A stretch of 64,000 bases of DNA from Tubulanus polymorphus (lineage: Eukaryota > Animalia > Nemertea): the NCBI RefSeq assembly GCF_964204645.1, contig NC_134029.1, positions 22,066,950 to 22,130,949 of the forward strand. Direction: 5' to 3'. A model generated the notes under the pieces. That model was not told the origin of the DNA and did no database searches. It saw nothing but the letters and a program-made list of their open reading frames with translations. The stretch's first letter is position 1, and each line of letters begins with the position of its first letter. Made by a program: the position numbers and the translations under genes. Shown in pieces: positions 47,301 to 60,609 of the stretch.

Positions 47301-49227
47301 AGTGCAAGCATTAGCATATCGTCCTGATGGGAAGGAGATTGCGGTGGGCACATTGGATGCGCAGATATCATTTTGGGATGTACAGAACGGTACTCAAACC
47401 GGATCAATCGAGGGCAGACATGATCTCGGATATACACGAAAAGATACGGACAAAATAACAGCTAAAACTTCATCAGTAAACAAGTTAGTTTCTTTGAATA
47501 AGTTGAAGACTTAGGCAGGTTTCAATTGGTTTCTACGGATTCTAGAATACTCTTCTAGCGTGTTCGCTTGGACCAGGATACACTCTTACCAATTTTGGAA
47601 TCGCGTTATCTGTAAACCTGATTAAAGGCCAGTAGAGTTTGCAATCCAGAATTCCTATTCTTGTTAATTGTAGTATGTTCAAATGAAACTTGCCTTTCTC
47701 TTGGAATTTTTATAGATTGTTCTTTTTATTGATGTTTGAACTTTTTTCTTGCACAGGTCGTTCTCTACTATATCGTACACAGCCGATGGTAAATGTATCC
47801 TGGCTGGTGGACGGTCAAAGAATGTTTGTATTTACTCCGTTGAGGATCAGATGCTTATCAAGAAATTTGAAGTTTCTTGTAATTTATCATTTAATGGAAT
47901 GGAGGTATTTTCTATGGAATCATTTCGGAAGAAGGTCTGGGTTAGAAGGTTTTATATAGAATAAAAAATGTCGCAACTGTTACTTTTATCGTAGGAATAT
48001 CTTGACCGACGAAAAATGACTGAATGGGGTAGCTTAGCTTTAGTGGACTCAGCTGATGGTAAATCTTTATCGCTGCCGGGAGTGAAGAAAGGTGATATGA
48101 GTTCTAGACACTGGAAACCTGAAGTACGAGTTTATGGAGTATCTTTCTCGCCAACTGGTAGGTTTAAAATTAAGTGCTTCGCAAGATTTTATCCTGAATC
48201 AAAACTTGATAGTTTCCATTTATTCTATATTTTAGGTAGGGCCTGGGCATCGACCACTACTGAAGGACTGCTGATCTACTCATTAGACAATAATCTGACA
48301 TTTGATCCATTTGAGCTCGATATCGATATCACCCCAGAGAACGTTAAGGGAACGTTGAAAGATAACAATTACTCTACAGCACTGATGCTCGCATTTCGTC
48401 TCAATGAACAGAATCTGATTCAGCAAGTTCTAGAAACTATTCCATTACAATCAAGTAAGCAAAATAAACCGGTTATATCCCCTTGAGAATTTTGTCTTTC
48501 GGAAAGTGATGTTTATTTTGTCTTCGTAGTTGAGCTCATTTGTCAGTCACTGCCCGACGTCTATGTGGACAAACTATTGGCCCATCTCGGCTCCGCGCTA
48601 GAAACGAGTCCTCATCTTGAGTTCTATATGAACTGGTGTCAGAAATTGCTGTACAATCAAGGATCGAAATTGAAACAGCGATCGCAGTCGGTCATCGCGC
48701 ATTTACGAGCTGTGCAGAAAATCCTCAATCGACGAAAAGAAGACATCGGAAAAATGTAAGTCTCATTATCCCGATAACAGTCATCATCAACTCTCAGTTC
48801 TTACAGATCAGGAAAATCAGGGAATTCCGGATTAATGTTTGTGTTTTTGGTGTCTTCTCGTCCTTGCTAGTGACAAGTGGCACAAGGAATCTCTGAAAAA
48901 GAATCCCCCACTGGGGATATCTAATGATTTAATCAGGGAATTTCGGATTCCCGGATCTGTAAGAACCCATTCTCTCGTATTATTCTCATCTTGTCTATAT
49001 ATGTTCATTGTAGGTGTGATCAGAATCGTTATTCTCTTCAATATTTGATAACACTTTCACAGTTGAAAAATAAACGTAAAGCCGATAGTCAGGCAGCCGA
49101 CCTAGATAAAGAGAACGAAGATAACGAAGGCAATGAGGAAATGGATGAAGATGATAATGACGATGATGTAGCATTGCCTTCTAACTGGGAATCAGATTCA
49201 GATGATGTCGAAACATTAATGACCTGA
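44357..49227 (+). CDS. PWP2: Periodic tryptophan protein 2 (UTP1, SSU processome WD40 protein), 19 exons
   Basis: Begins MKFSYR|FSNLLGTVYRKGN. Also contains GQLLVWEWQSESYVLKQQGH, RYRNFRTFTSP, LSGHEGPV and FDPFELDIDITP, with an acidic C-terminal tail. Exons: 44357-44374, 44663-44775, 44849-44943, 45033-45132, 45209-45352, 45427-45562, 45707-45854, 45945-46005, 46087-46242, 46324-46531, 46613-46761, 46839-46986, 47070-47220, 47303-47483, 47757-47904, 47995-48157, 48236-48454, 48530-48755, 49014-49227. Confidence 0.96.
45133..45208 (+). other. Non-canonical GC-AG intron in PWP2
   Basis: Donor AA|GCAAGT gives the in-frame FSPNGKKFAITK. The nearby GT donor 4 nt downstream gives a frameshift and a TAA stop. 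Confidence 0.8.
45563..45706 (+). other. U12-type (minor spliceosome) GT-AG intron in PWP2
   Basis: 5' splice site GTATCCTTT. Branch-like TCTTTAAC at 45689-45696 lies 10 nt before the 3' end. The flanking exons join in frame (SLD|LYTLS). Confidence 0.85.
48793..48970. mobile_element. MITE family C (GTTCTTACAGATC termini); related copies at about 42648-42840 and 14980-15036
   Basis: GTTCTTACAGATC...GATCTGTAAGAAC inverted ends, with internal TCAGGGAA repeats shared among the three loci. Confidence 0.55.
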
Positions 49228-49374
49228 TGTTATATACTGAAAATAAATATTTGTTTTTAAGAATACATTCTTGAACATTCGTTTTTGTATCGCCGCGAAG
49301 CAAGAGAGAAATAATGCATCATTTTGGATAAATGAGATATTTTTATTCGGAAAATCTATCAAATTATAACTAAA

Positions 49375-52300
49375 CTATTTTCGGCCTTTTTTCTTCGGAT
49401 TTTCAGTTGGAAAAGTCAAAGGAATCTTCAGCGCGGCCACGTACTGTTTTACACCATCGATTGTCGTAGACGTCAGAGTACATCCAAGGCACCTCATGAT
49501 ATGATTCAATCTAAAATTGAACGAGGCCAAAAATTTTGAATATTTGCAAATGGACCACCGGTACATCGGATAAGACATTTCAGCGATTAGATACAAGACC
49601 TGGTGCTTCCTATTCTGAAGTCTTTCTGTAGATCAATCAGCGGTACTTTATATTCATCGAGAAAAAGGCACAACACCAATGCGTATACAAGAATCTTGTT
49701 TTTCACTCGTACTGGAATACTCCTGTTCCAACACAGAGAGAATAATTTTAGTTTTGTTATATTCAGTAGAATATTCTTAAGAGGAATATTATAGGAATTT
49801 AAAGTAGGAATTCATAAGTCCCTCTAAAAAAATTTAAAGGATTTAGTGTGCTTGGAAATTAACTCATAAGTCTTGCCGCAAAACATTTTGAAAGTCTTTT
49901 TGAATTTTTTTTAAGGGCATTTCGGATACTTTAATAGGCACCCTGGATCTGCCCCTAATGTTCCGCTGTATTTAGCAAGAACCAGTGGATTATCGACGCC
50001 TAAATTATTTTTCTCGATTTACCTGATCTTTCTTGTGCCGCTTGGTTGCGAGATGATCGTAAATTTATCATAAAGCTGATTTCTAACGTCATCGGGTACA
50101 TCGGACATTATTTCATCTAAAGTCAAATACAACAGATAGCACCGATACTAACGACGTAAGAATCGACGTGAATTTTCATGTAATTAACAAATTTCCCTCT
50201 TCTTACCGATCTTTTTCATTTCCATTCGGCGTATTTTATACAAACGGATGAGATAAACTAGATACAGTAATCGCCTCGCTTCAATACTTCTTTCTTCTTC
50301 CATCACGGAAAGGACGCTCAAATGACTACACACGTATGATGGGTACCTGAAGAAGAAATTCACCTCTGAATACACCCAGTTAATAAGCAGTCTTTTTTCT
50401 ACCCGACGAACATCGGCGTATTCCTTACTTTTCTTCTCTTAGCCATTCATTAATTTGACCAGAAGGGATGTCCATAAATACATTTTCGGCGTTTTTAAGC
50501 GCTTCAAATTCTGCCGGACTTATTACTAATAATAAATCAAGGATTTAACCCAAAAAAACATGCGTGATTATGTGCACCGCAAAAATATCAGTTGTGTAAA
50601 GGATACTATCGTCGATATTAAAAACATCAGCACGCGATTTCGCTTCTTTATCCATCGGAGGAAATGTGTCGGATTGATCTTGTTCATGAGAACCTATAAT
50701 TTAAAATGCAAAGTCAATGGGGAACCGGTAAACACCAGATGGCGTAACAATACACTCAGAATACATATCGAAAATTACTTTAAGCCTTCCAAATGGAACG
50801 AAATGTTGTCAAACAACTCAAATAGATATAAGATAGATGTTCCCAATGGGTAAAAGTTTTGATGAAAATTGCTTTACTAATGAGAAAAGTTGATTCGAGT
50901 TTAAACGAAATTTAGAAGAAATTGAAGTCGGTAACCGATGGATCCTTCCTGTCTGCCATACATGGAATCGTTGATTGCCACAGTAGGGGAGCCAGTTCAC
51001 CATCGCGTGCAAAGCTTCATAACCGTATATAATACCCAGACATGTCTAGATGTCTTCATGTTGTTACCTGGTGTAGCGGTAAGACTGGTATCGTTGTCGA
51101 CTATATCTGTATTACTCGCTGCTGTACTCATAGCTGTGTCGAGGGCGGTACCCTTAACGGTGTTGCGCTGCCGCGAATTCATCCTCAGACGTTTTTTCCT
51201 GCTACCAAAAACCTCCGTTAAATTATCAACCTGCAACAACCGATACAATATAAAACTTAAGCCGAAATAAATCGCAGCGTCATGTTTAGTAGGTCGATAT
51301 AAGATTTTGACGACCAACCTTTTCCATAAAACTCAATCCATCGTTACCACTTCCACCGACGATGTCCTCGTATTTTTCACCTAAAAAAAATGGAACATTG
51401 ATTGATCTTTCATGTTCGATATATGGACTATCAATCATACCAAACTCTTGTTAATACCTGGCAATCTTGGTATCATATTGAACATATTGGCTTTTACTAT
51501 CTTCATCTTGCCGGTTTTCTTGTCTACAACGCCCACGCAGTACCTTTCGATAAACAAACATTCGATAAAACTTTGATTCTAAAATTTTCTAATTGTTGTC
51601 ACAGTTATAAACGATTTTACTTACTTATTGAGGGATGCATAACATGGAAGATCAGCACCAAAGTTTTTACCGATATAGTGCACGTGTTTCGTTTCAGCAA
51701 CCTATAAATAAAGAAAAGGAAGATGTGGATATTATGCATTATCTTATTCAACGTTATTATGCCACCATCTACAGACATGTTTATGTTAGTTTATGTTTAT
51801 CTTGCTTTACGTCAGTCGGATCTTGGTTTCGGATCTTGGTTTTCCAAGATTAACTTTATTGGATTGTTTATTTAACGTAACAATGGGACCACGGCCTTTG
51901 AAGTGTTGCCTGCACCGATAAGCAGCCAACAGGACTCGAACCCACTTGTTGATCAGCACTGACCATGAATACAACAGCATCACGCCTTATTCCACTGAGC
52001 CACTGAGGCTCAATAACACTATCATAATTAGGTCTACGATAAGGTATTGAAGGGTAATTCTAGGATATGTCAAGACTACATTCAGGGACTTTTCTCCGCT
52101 TAATTATAGAAAACTTACCAAAAGTCTCCTCTTTTTCAGTTTTGGATCATTAGAATTTTTGTATCCAAAGCTTCTGATGAGGATGCGATCCTTAGTTTTT
52201 TCATTAAGTTCACCATTCGTGAACGAGGCTGAAATTATCAGAATCAATAATCAAGTTTTGGAGACAATATAATTTTGATTTAATTGCATTGAATATGCCT

Positions 52301-52500
52301 TGTTGAAGTTCACCATGAAAATTTAAAAGAATAGACAAATTCTAGGCATCTAACGAATGAACTAATAAAAGCTGTGTATAATTGCTATATATCGCTTAAA
52401 TATAGAATGAAATCATGACATACATACCGACATTAACTTCAGTTTTGTCAAAATCAGCCACATCGCACACTAACTTCATCTTCTTCATGGGGGCTGACAT
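49375..52500 (-). CDS. POLR1E: RNA polymerase I subunit RPA49/PAF53, 12 exons
   Basis: Exons: 52428-52500, 52119-52228, 51625-51701, 51458-51543, 51319-51380, 51068-51230, 50607-50693, 50429-50525, 50207-50346, 50023-50116, 49600-49722, 49375-49510. Peptides VAETKHVHYIGKNFG, YCVGVVDKKTGKM, EVFGSRKKR, DVFNIDDIISPAEFEAL and AALKIPLTFP match the RPA49 family as recalled. Confidence 0.88.
50526..50606 (-). other. U12-type (minor spliceosome) GT-AG intron in POLR1E
   Basis: On the - strand, 5' splice site GTATCCTTT and branch-like TCCTTGAT about 10 nt upstream of the terminal TAG. The exons join in frame (NIDD-I-ISPAEF). Confidence 0.85.
51778..52010 (-). mobile_element. tRNA-derived SINE in POLR1E intron 2
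   Basis: On the - strand: Pol III A box TGGCTCAGTGG (51992-52002), B box GGTTCGAGTCC (51932-51942), a body, and a 3' tail GACGTAAAGCAAGATAAACATAAACTAACATAAAC. Confidence 0.75.
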
Positions 52501-53149
52501 CTTGGATTACTGAGTAGCGAAATGTACCCATTTACAACTGGTTTCTATTGGTAGTTAGTTCGTGCACTTCAAGTACATGTACATAGCTCAAGCTCTTGGA
52601 TTTATTATAAGAAAAGACCCGTCTCAAAAAGGTATTCATTATTTTCATTCATGACATATGTTGTAAATTCTAACAACTTTAAGATGATGATCCTGCTGGA
52701 GTCTGTGATGTGAGTGAGAGACTTTACTTCTTAAAAAGGTGTGAGGGGAAATCAATGACAAAATGTAAGGCTTAGAGGCCTACACTTGTTGTTATTTTTA
52801 CTTCCATTATCGTAAAATTTCATGTTCTTCACTTAAGAATTTTATTTGTTGCTTCGCCTGTATAAGTTTGATTCGCTCAATTTAGATAAAAATGCGAAGG
52901 GCAACTGAACTGTCGTCCCGGCCCTAACCTGCTAATGCGCCATGGCCTCAGCGTCCCTACAACTACAGCCTCATGATATTTTCCCCCTTATTGAAACCAA
53001 AAGAGAAGATTTTCACTTCGATATGCATTTTTGTTAAGTGACCCAATGCCGTTGTATTAGGCCTAGGCTACTAAACCACTCGGGCAACAAATTGCTTTTT
53101 TAATGGGCTATATTTCTTTCAGTTGTCCCCTCATAACCAATCAGAAGTC

Positions 53150-56100
53150 ATGGCAAATAATGTCTCATCGAAGGAACCATCTGAAGAAGATTTTAAAGAA
53201 TTGAAAGAAAGATGTTTGGTAAGACACGAGCGTATGGAAAGGTGTTTCGATGATTTTCCTTCAGAGTTTTCAGTCAGGACGACAGTAGAATCTCTCCCTC
53301 CGTTGTCAAAAGTGCGACTCCCATAACAGTAGAACCCTTTCTATGAATACACCTTCCAATGCATCAATAATGCGTAAACACAATTTACGCATTCATTCGA
53401 ACAGGCCTACAATAGTGCCACATGGGATGAACAAATAACCAATAGGCCCAATAGAATAAATAGAGTAATTAGATTTTGCCGTTATTTGTATTTGAAAATT
53501 GTAACTACCATCGGGTAGGTAGGGGCGGATCCATAGGCAAATTGCAAAGGACTTTATCACAACCCAAAAAGCACTTTTATGTCCAAACAGGCAATATCAG
53601 GTGCACTCCTGCACTAAAATAAACCAAATATCTTTGTTGACAAAATGAAAAAGGGCACTCAAAAAAATTTGATGGACTTGTACAAGTCTCATAAGTCCCT
53701 GGGCAGGGCCGGACATCACTGATCTCATTGCAGGCCCGGTTGCGTATATGGAGAATATTTTGTTTTCCTTACTGTGATAAGGCCTAGTTTAGGGACGGTT
53801 GTACTGTTATAGTACTGTCATTCTATTACTGATCTACGAGATGCGTTCATCGAATCCCATGTGAAATGAAGCCATTAATTCAGGCTCTAGAAATCAACCA
53901 CTCGAATGATAGACGACTGCTCGCAGAATCAACAGGATACTGCTGCAGCGATTTCCATCGTGGAGCGAAGCAATTTGAATATCTCGTACCCCGGGGAGAG
54001 ACTTTACATCCGTCTATCATTAAAATCGAGCTTTCTAAACATTAACCCCGCTGTTGACATCAATTTCATCGCGATGAATACCGTAAGCGTTTCGAAGCTA
54101 ATTCTCGGCCATCGTTTATTTAGAATATTTTACGTTTCAATTTCAGATTATATTTACAGCTGACCCAACTCAGGTGAGATCAAAATGCTGTTAGATCCAT
54201 TTTCAAAATTGTTAAGTTCGTAAAGTAGCCTATAGTGTACTGTATGCTGGCTATGTTAAATTCTGGAATTCAAATTAGTCATCGGATATTTGTGAAATGC
54301 ACAAAATATTTATTCTAGTAGGTTAACAAGTTTCTCCTCTCGTATATTTGCTGTCGGGATATGACTAGATTTCTATTGTGTTTATACCGATAGGAATTAA
54401 ACGACGCAGCTTTGTGGCGGTTTCTACGAGCATTTCGCACGGCAGACGCGGCGTTCAACGCGATCATCAAATGCAATAACTGGCGTCGAGAGTACGGCGT
54501 CGAAAAAATAGGCCCCGATAACGAATTTATACTCAAAGAGCTTACGTCGCAAAAAATGGTGCTCATTAAAAATAGAGATCTCAAAGGAAGGTCAGTTGAA
54601 TGAAAAAAAAAGAGGAAGAAATTCTAATTTCTAGGAAACTCAACCCAATATCTTATACAGGGTCCCTACGCCTCCTTGATTCCTTAAAAACTCCTTCAAA
54701 ATGATAAATGCTTTTAAAAGTGCTTGAAACTTCTTTTATTTGAACCAAAAATCCTGAGAAATAGGCGATTAGAAACTATCGTCTAGGTTGTAGTTGTACA
54801 GTAGACCACCCCTATATCGATAAAGTTGGGACCAGGATTTTTTTTTTCCCAATTTGGTGGTTACCGGATTAGAAACCAAGTTTAGTAGCGTTAAGGATAA
54901 CAATTTGCAGACAAAACCACACTGAAGGGTTTACTGAGATAAAGAGTACCGATTTAGGAGGAGTCAACAGTTATTGGGATATGAATTTTCTCCTTTGAAA
55001 CTCCTGATATCTATGAATGACTGGTCTGTAGGGACCCTGTTTTAAAGTCGATTTCCCCATGGTTACAATTCTGTTTCATGGATGCAGCTAGATTTTAATT
55101 ATTTATATCACGGATTCAAGACGGTCAGAAATGCCACCGCATAACAACGACTATTAAGTTATTAGGGTTATATGCGTTATATATTACAGCCACCTGCCTG
55201 CGGTGAAGTCGCGTATTTGATTCAATAAAATCTATCATTCCTACATCGATTTCGGTTCGTTGAGTCGTTCGAGCTCGTTACTCGTCTAATTATCCGTCTC
55301 GTTACGATATCTCCTAGACAACTACAATATCTCCACGACAATATTTAAACTACCAGCGTCACAGCGAGATGTCTTCACTCGCGGCCTTTTCAGTCATTGA
55401 TTTTCATTAACCGATTGCTTAGTTATTGAAATTACCTTTTAATCGTAATGATTTTGTTATCGATGGGTTCTTCGATGATTATACTGGTAGTCCCGCATTG
55501 ATTATTGATAGAAATGCCTTAAATGAAAAATCAAATCCCAAATCTCTTTAGATCAAACGATGAATCATTAAATTCGAGATCCCCGAAGCAATTGATTTCA
55601 TATTTCGACATCGATATGACAAAATATTCTCAAGACGTCAAGACATTCTTGTATCATATGTTTGCCTGCTTATCTCGGTCGTAATGTTTTGTTATTTGGC
55701 AGTTTTTGAAATTCGTTTTTCAGACCTGTTATATACATCGCTGCCAGGAAGCACAGTGTTTATGAACGGGATATCAATGAATTCACTAAGTTCATCGTTT
55801 ACATGCTGGTGAGTATATAAGAGATGTTGTTTTGATTTAACCACCGCTGATTTTTCCGGCGTTGTCATTCAATTGATGATCAGTGCTGAGTGCGTTTGAC
55901 AAATAGACATCTGTAACAGTTCACATTTCCTATATTGCGGTTGAAAAATGATCGCATGCTTTGTAATGCGATATTGTGCTTATAAAGCCTTGTGTAGTAA
56001 ACAGCTGTGGATGATTGGACCCTCACAATATAGTAGCTACAAAACATTCATGAAGCTCTCCCTCCCCCCCCCCCTAGCGAGCTTAAAAACTCAATACCGC

Positions 56101-56768
56101 AATATCCTAGATCGAAATGATTTGATGAATTTTTTTTGGTAATTACTATTTTTCAGGAGAACGCGTGTAAACGCTGTTTCGAGGATGTAATCGATAATTT
56201 GTGCATCGTTTTCGATTTGAAAGATTTCAAGATGAGCTGCATGGATTACGAGTTCGTGAAGAATTTGATTTGGTTATTGAGTAAATATTATCCCGAACGA
56301 CTAGGAGTCTGTCTCATTATCAATGCTCCGTTGCTATTCAATGGCTGCTGGAGCGTCATCCGACCTTGGTAGGTTTTGTTCATGCATGTGATCAGGCCGG
56401 ATTCAAATTGCCTAATTAGAGAGCGTGCTCTCTTGATACTAGAGTCACTTCCAGAACCAGTTACAATTCAAAGCGCAATGATTTGACCCGTGCTAAAACT
56501 TGGCTCGTGCCTGGTCTGACATTTTTTGTCGGGCTATTTGGCGTGTATAAAGTTTTTACGGGCTGATCAAATGCTCTTATCTCTCTGTGATCGCGGCTCT
56601 TTTGATATCAATAGGTCACAAATATTTCTTTTCATAAGATGAAGTCAATTTCATGATTTACTTTCACACAGGCTGAACGATGTAACTGCGCGTAAAGTAT
56701 CGTTCGTCAAGAGTGAAATGGAACTTTGTAAATACTTCAACCCGGATATACTACCAACCGATGATTAG
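53150..56768 (+). CDS. CRAL-TRIO (Sec14-like) lipid-binding domain protein, 6 coding exons
   Basis: Exons: 53150-53218, 54147-54173, 54394-54590, 55724-55808, 56157-56368, 56672-56768. Peptides LNDAALWRFLRAF, WRREYGV, DLKGRPVIYI, IVFDLKDF and YYPERLGVCLIINAP..F...W.VIRPWL...TARKV are Sec14 hallmarks. A probable non-coding first exon ends at the GTGAGT donor at 52710. Confidence 0.88.
54658..55039. mobile_element. CAGGG-terminal MITE family A (best copy)
   Basis: TIR CAGGGTCCCTAC...GTAGGGACCCTG. Internal sequence is shared with 530-881 (inverted) and 34082-34504. Confidence 0.75.
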
Positions 56769-59431
56769 TGATGAATGACGTTCGCAGACTGGATTTTTGA
56801 CGATGCTAAATATTGCTCAGTTCCGTACATAAAATGCTCTAAAACTCAGGATGTCATATCATCAATTATTGACGTCATTGAAGAAGAATACGTAACCTGG
56901 ATACTTCCGATATACTTAGATTTATTTTTGGATGCGACTTATTTTAATATATAACGACTATACGGATCGGTAATGATCCGTAATCAGCTCATAATTACAG
57001 TCATTTCAGACGCTGTTATCGCTTCTGAATTATTGATGACGATGATTGGTCTGTTGTGGTGAATCTCTTTCCGTTTTGTCACGGACTTTTTGTTTTCTTG
57101 TATTTATCAGTAGAATATCAGGTTCACGAAAATTCTGTCATCTGAGTTGGGAAGCTGAATTTCAATTCACTAGATCTCAGTCGGTTTGCATAATCCCCGT
57201 TAAGTATAACCTGGGGGTCAACGCGAAAGCTTCTCACTCATTTCTATAGTTTCTTAATGTTACCATGGTAGTTCGCTCCTGAGCGAAACACGGTGAACAC
57301 CAGTCTATAGAACCAATTTCAAAGAGGGATTGTCGTAATTGAGTCTATGTGTAAATGCATATAGCTATTGTTGTGTACATTACGTACGATATGATATCAA
57401 AACAAAAATACATATCAGTGAGGCAGCTTTAAATAAAATTGTCGAGAATAAATCTACAAAGTCTTGAATAAATAATTCGAATATTTCTAACCAAATGAGA
57501 CGACTGTTTCTACCTTTACCTAGAGTTTGGTGAAATATTTATTCATGACTTCAGTTGAATCAGGTTGAATATGAAGTATATCGGTGTTTGTTTCTTGTTG
57601 TGGGTAGCTGTATAACCGTATCATCACTTAAATTCTGATCTTCAAAAAAATTCCAAATATTACTGTAATACGAAGGCCAGATTATTTTGCTGAATGGAAA
57701 ATGAATAAGGTTTTGAATTTCATTAGAGTTTTGAGTATTAAAGATGGCCGGAAAGACCGAGCAATGTTGTTATTAAAGTAAATCTATTTTAGTCTGTATT
57801 GTCTGACGTAGTGTTTTGTTTTTGAATCGATGTCAATTTCTTTGATATCAAATGATGTTCTACCAAAAAAAAATGCAAGAATGCTTTTATAAATGTAATA
57901 TGCACGTTATGTATGAGAAATGTTGATGCACAATGTTGAATTTTTTAATTCTAATGTTCCCCGAAAGCCTCAGCTTTGATGATTATATCCAGATTTGTTA
58001 GAAAAATCACTGTTGATTGTGATAATTTGAATACAGTTTCTGCTTTAACTTTGAAGGCATTTGAACAATATAAACCTCTATATGTTATGTAATACGCGTA
58101 ACGGCCATTTGCGACGCGAATGATCATAATAGCTGTTACCAACTAACTATTGATTTTAATCGATGATTGTAGTGAAAATGAAAATATTGTTGATATATCA
58201 AATCTATTATTAGATGATGATGTCATGTTTATTGTGTATATTGTTTGATATTTGTTATAGAATGATACCAAAAATTATCAACTATATTTTGGTATCAGTT
58301 GAACTCATCATGCATGTCTCAGTTGCGTTTGTCTTTGACAAATGCCGTCATTTTCATCAATGATTATTTTCACGTTTAAGTTGTTGTTCTAACAGCGACT
58401 CAGGAATGAAACACGGAATGTTTCTGTCTCCTGTCTCCATGTTTCCCTGCACCGTGTGCATTGGGCTTAAAACTTCAGTATATTTGAATTACTTGTTATA
58501 ATGAGGTTCCACAAGAACTAGATCTGAACATGAAGTTATTTTCTTGTGATAACTTACATTCCCTCTGGCAAAAATGTCTCATAAAATCTATTCGATTGTT
58601 TTGTTTTTTATTTTGAAAAATAGTCTATCATTGATAGTTGAATGAAGTTTTTTGTGTGTACTTGTGTAAACTTTTGTTTGTAAAAAAATAACGGATACAT
58701 ATATTAAAATGCTCTAGACTTGAAAAAAGAGGCCTTGCATGAGATCATGCCGCAAAAGAATCTTACATTAAACTGTAAGCCATGTTGTAACAGAATGAAC
58801 TGAGGGTAGAGATTTCTGAATAGTTCGTGAAAAGTTGTTATTGGTTAGCTGTTTGACGTGGGGATTTTGTGACAAGGCATGCAAGGCGTCTTTGTACCGG
58901 ATATGGGTCCTAATGTCATTCTGAACAGCACTTTTGCTGTCATTATCTTCCGTGCATATCACAAAAATACCAGTAAACCAGATACCAGTAAATTCACAGG
59001 TTTTCCGTGGCTTCCATACCGACTTAAAACGACCAATATTGGTTGAGTTCATGAATCCGTCCAATGTTGAAATAGCCTCGGTAACTTATATCTCGGTTCA
59101 TACCAGGCAGTTCCACATCTAAATTTTATTCCAATTTAGTAGTATACAAAATGCGGAGTCAAACTTAATCATTTTCTGAACGCTATAGTGATCATGATCA
59201 ATCAATGTAGATATTATCAAGATTCATTGTTTTTCAAACAAACCAAATTTGAAATCCGTCATTACCTAATATGATATAGGTCTATTCAGTATTTCGTTTG
59301 CTGTTTGAAGGTAAATTTACATCATAGTTTTCTTTCTGGTCATTTTTGCTGTAAGATCAGTTATTATTATTATTATTATTATTATCATCATCATTATTTT
59401 GAAGTCTGATTTCTGATTTAGAGAAGAAATA

Positions 59432-59578
59432 CAGTAAACCTCAACTTGCTTGGACATGGCCTACTTGGACTTTTGACAAACTCGGACAGATACGAAATCA
59501 TTTTTCTGACATCCTTACATATTTTCCTACCCTTACCTCAGACTAATTTTACCGCTCCAACTTAGGCGAGGTTTACTG
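59432..59578. mobile_element. Tc1/mariner-type MITE
   Basis: TA-CAGTAAACCTC...GAGGTTTACTG-TA: an 11-bp TIR with TA flanks. Confidence 0.75.
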
Positions 59579-60192
59579 TACGATCATATACCTTAATGTT
59601 TAGTTAATGATCTTGAATTTCTGTGAAAGTTGTATCTCGTAATAATGTCTCTACTTATCGTGTGCATAGACTTTAAGAAAAAATTCGATGTAATGCACCA
59701 ATTGTCTCTCTACTTAAAATGAAATATTTATTTATGAAAATGAATTACAGTTATATCATTATTGTCCGGGCATCAATTATATATTATGAAGAATTATAAT
59801 ATGAGTGAAATAGATTTGTACATGTTGTTAATGTCCGTAATAAAAACATACCCTATATATGTATATATATATATATTTCACCCATGTCTTATTTCTTTGT
59901 TTTTGAATATTTGAAAAAGATCTAGAGAGAAAGTTATCATTCTGTCATAGCCTTGTCGTTGTACGGTTTTTCTTTCCGCGTTTAGAAAATAAAAGAAAAG
60001 ATGGATCTATCTAATCAAACGACGAAACCAATACTATTTATTGAATGCAAGCTGCACATCGAATGGTTTTTCAATAAAAAAAACGGCGTTGATTCGAAAG
60101 AGAAATTTTTTTTTCATCGGGTATAGCAAAGCTGTGTGCTATGTATATATATATCTTCTAAATTCAAAGAAAAAATAACTTCATGGAATTTG

Positions 60193-60531
60193 ATGAATGT
60201 AAAATTCTGATCTAGATCGATATTAAAATCCATACAGTAAAAGCAACTCACATTTTCATCAATATTCATAAATGATGATAATCTATAATTTCGGCTAATA
60301 GAGATGTTCATATATGTATGAATGTAAAATTCTGATCTAGATCGATATTAAAATCCGTACAGTAAAAGCAACTCACATTTTCATCAATATTCATAAATGA
60401 TGATAATCTATAATTTCGGCTAATAGAGATGTTCATATATGTATGAATGTATAATTCTGATCTAGATCGATATTAAAATCCATACAGTAAAACATATCAT
60501 ATTTTCATCAATATCTATAAATGATGATAAT
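60193..60531. repeat. 125-bp tandem repeat, about 2.7 copies, just upstream of the GPCR
   Basis: Units start at 60193, 60318 and 60443 (ATGAATGTAAAATTCTGATCTAGATCGATATTAAAATCC...). Confidence 0.92.
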
Positions 60532-60609
60532 TAACTGCGTAGATATTTTTCGTCGATATTCTGCTGACGTAAATTAACTGGATCGAAGTCGTAGTTATAC
60601 ATCAACGAA

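Noticed and set aside
51925-52010. Possible tRNA gene
   Set aside because: A and B boxes are present but there is no convincing cloverleaf. It continues into a SINE-like body and tail.
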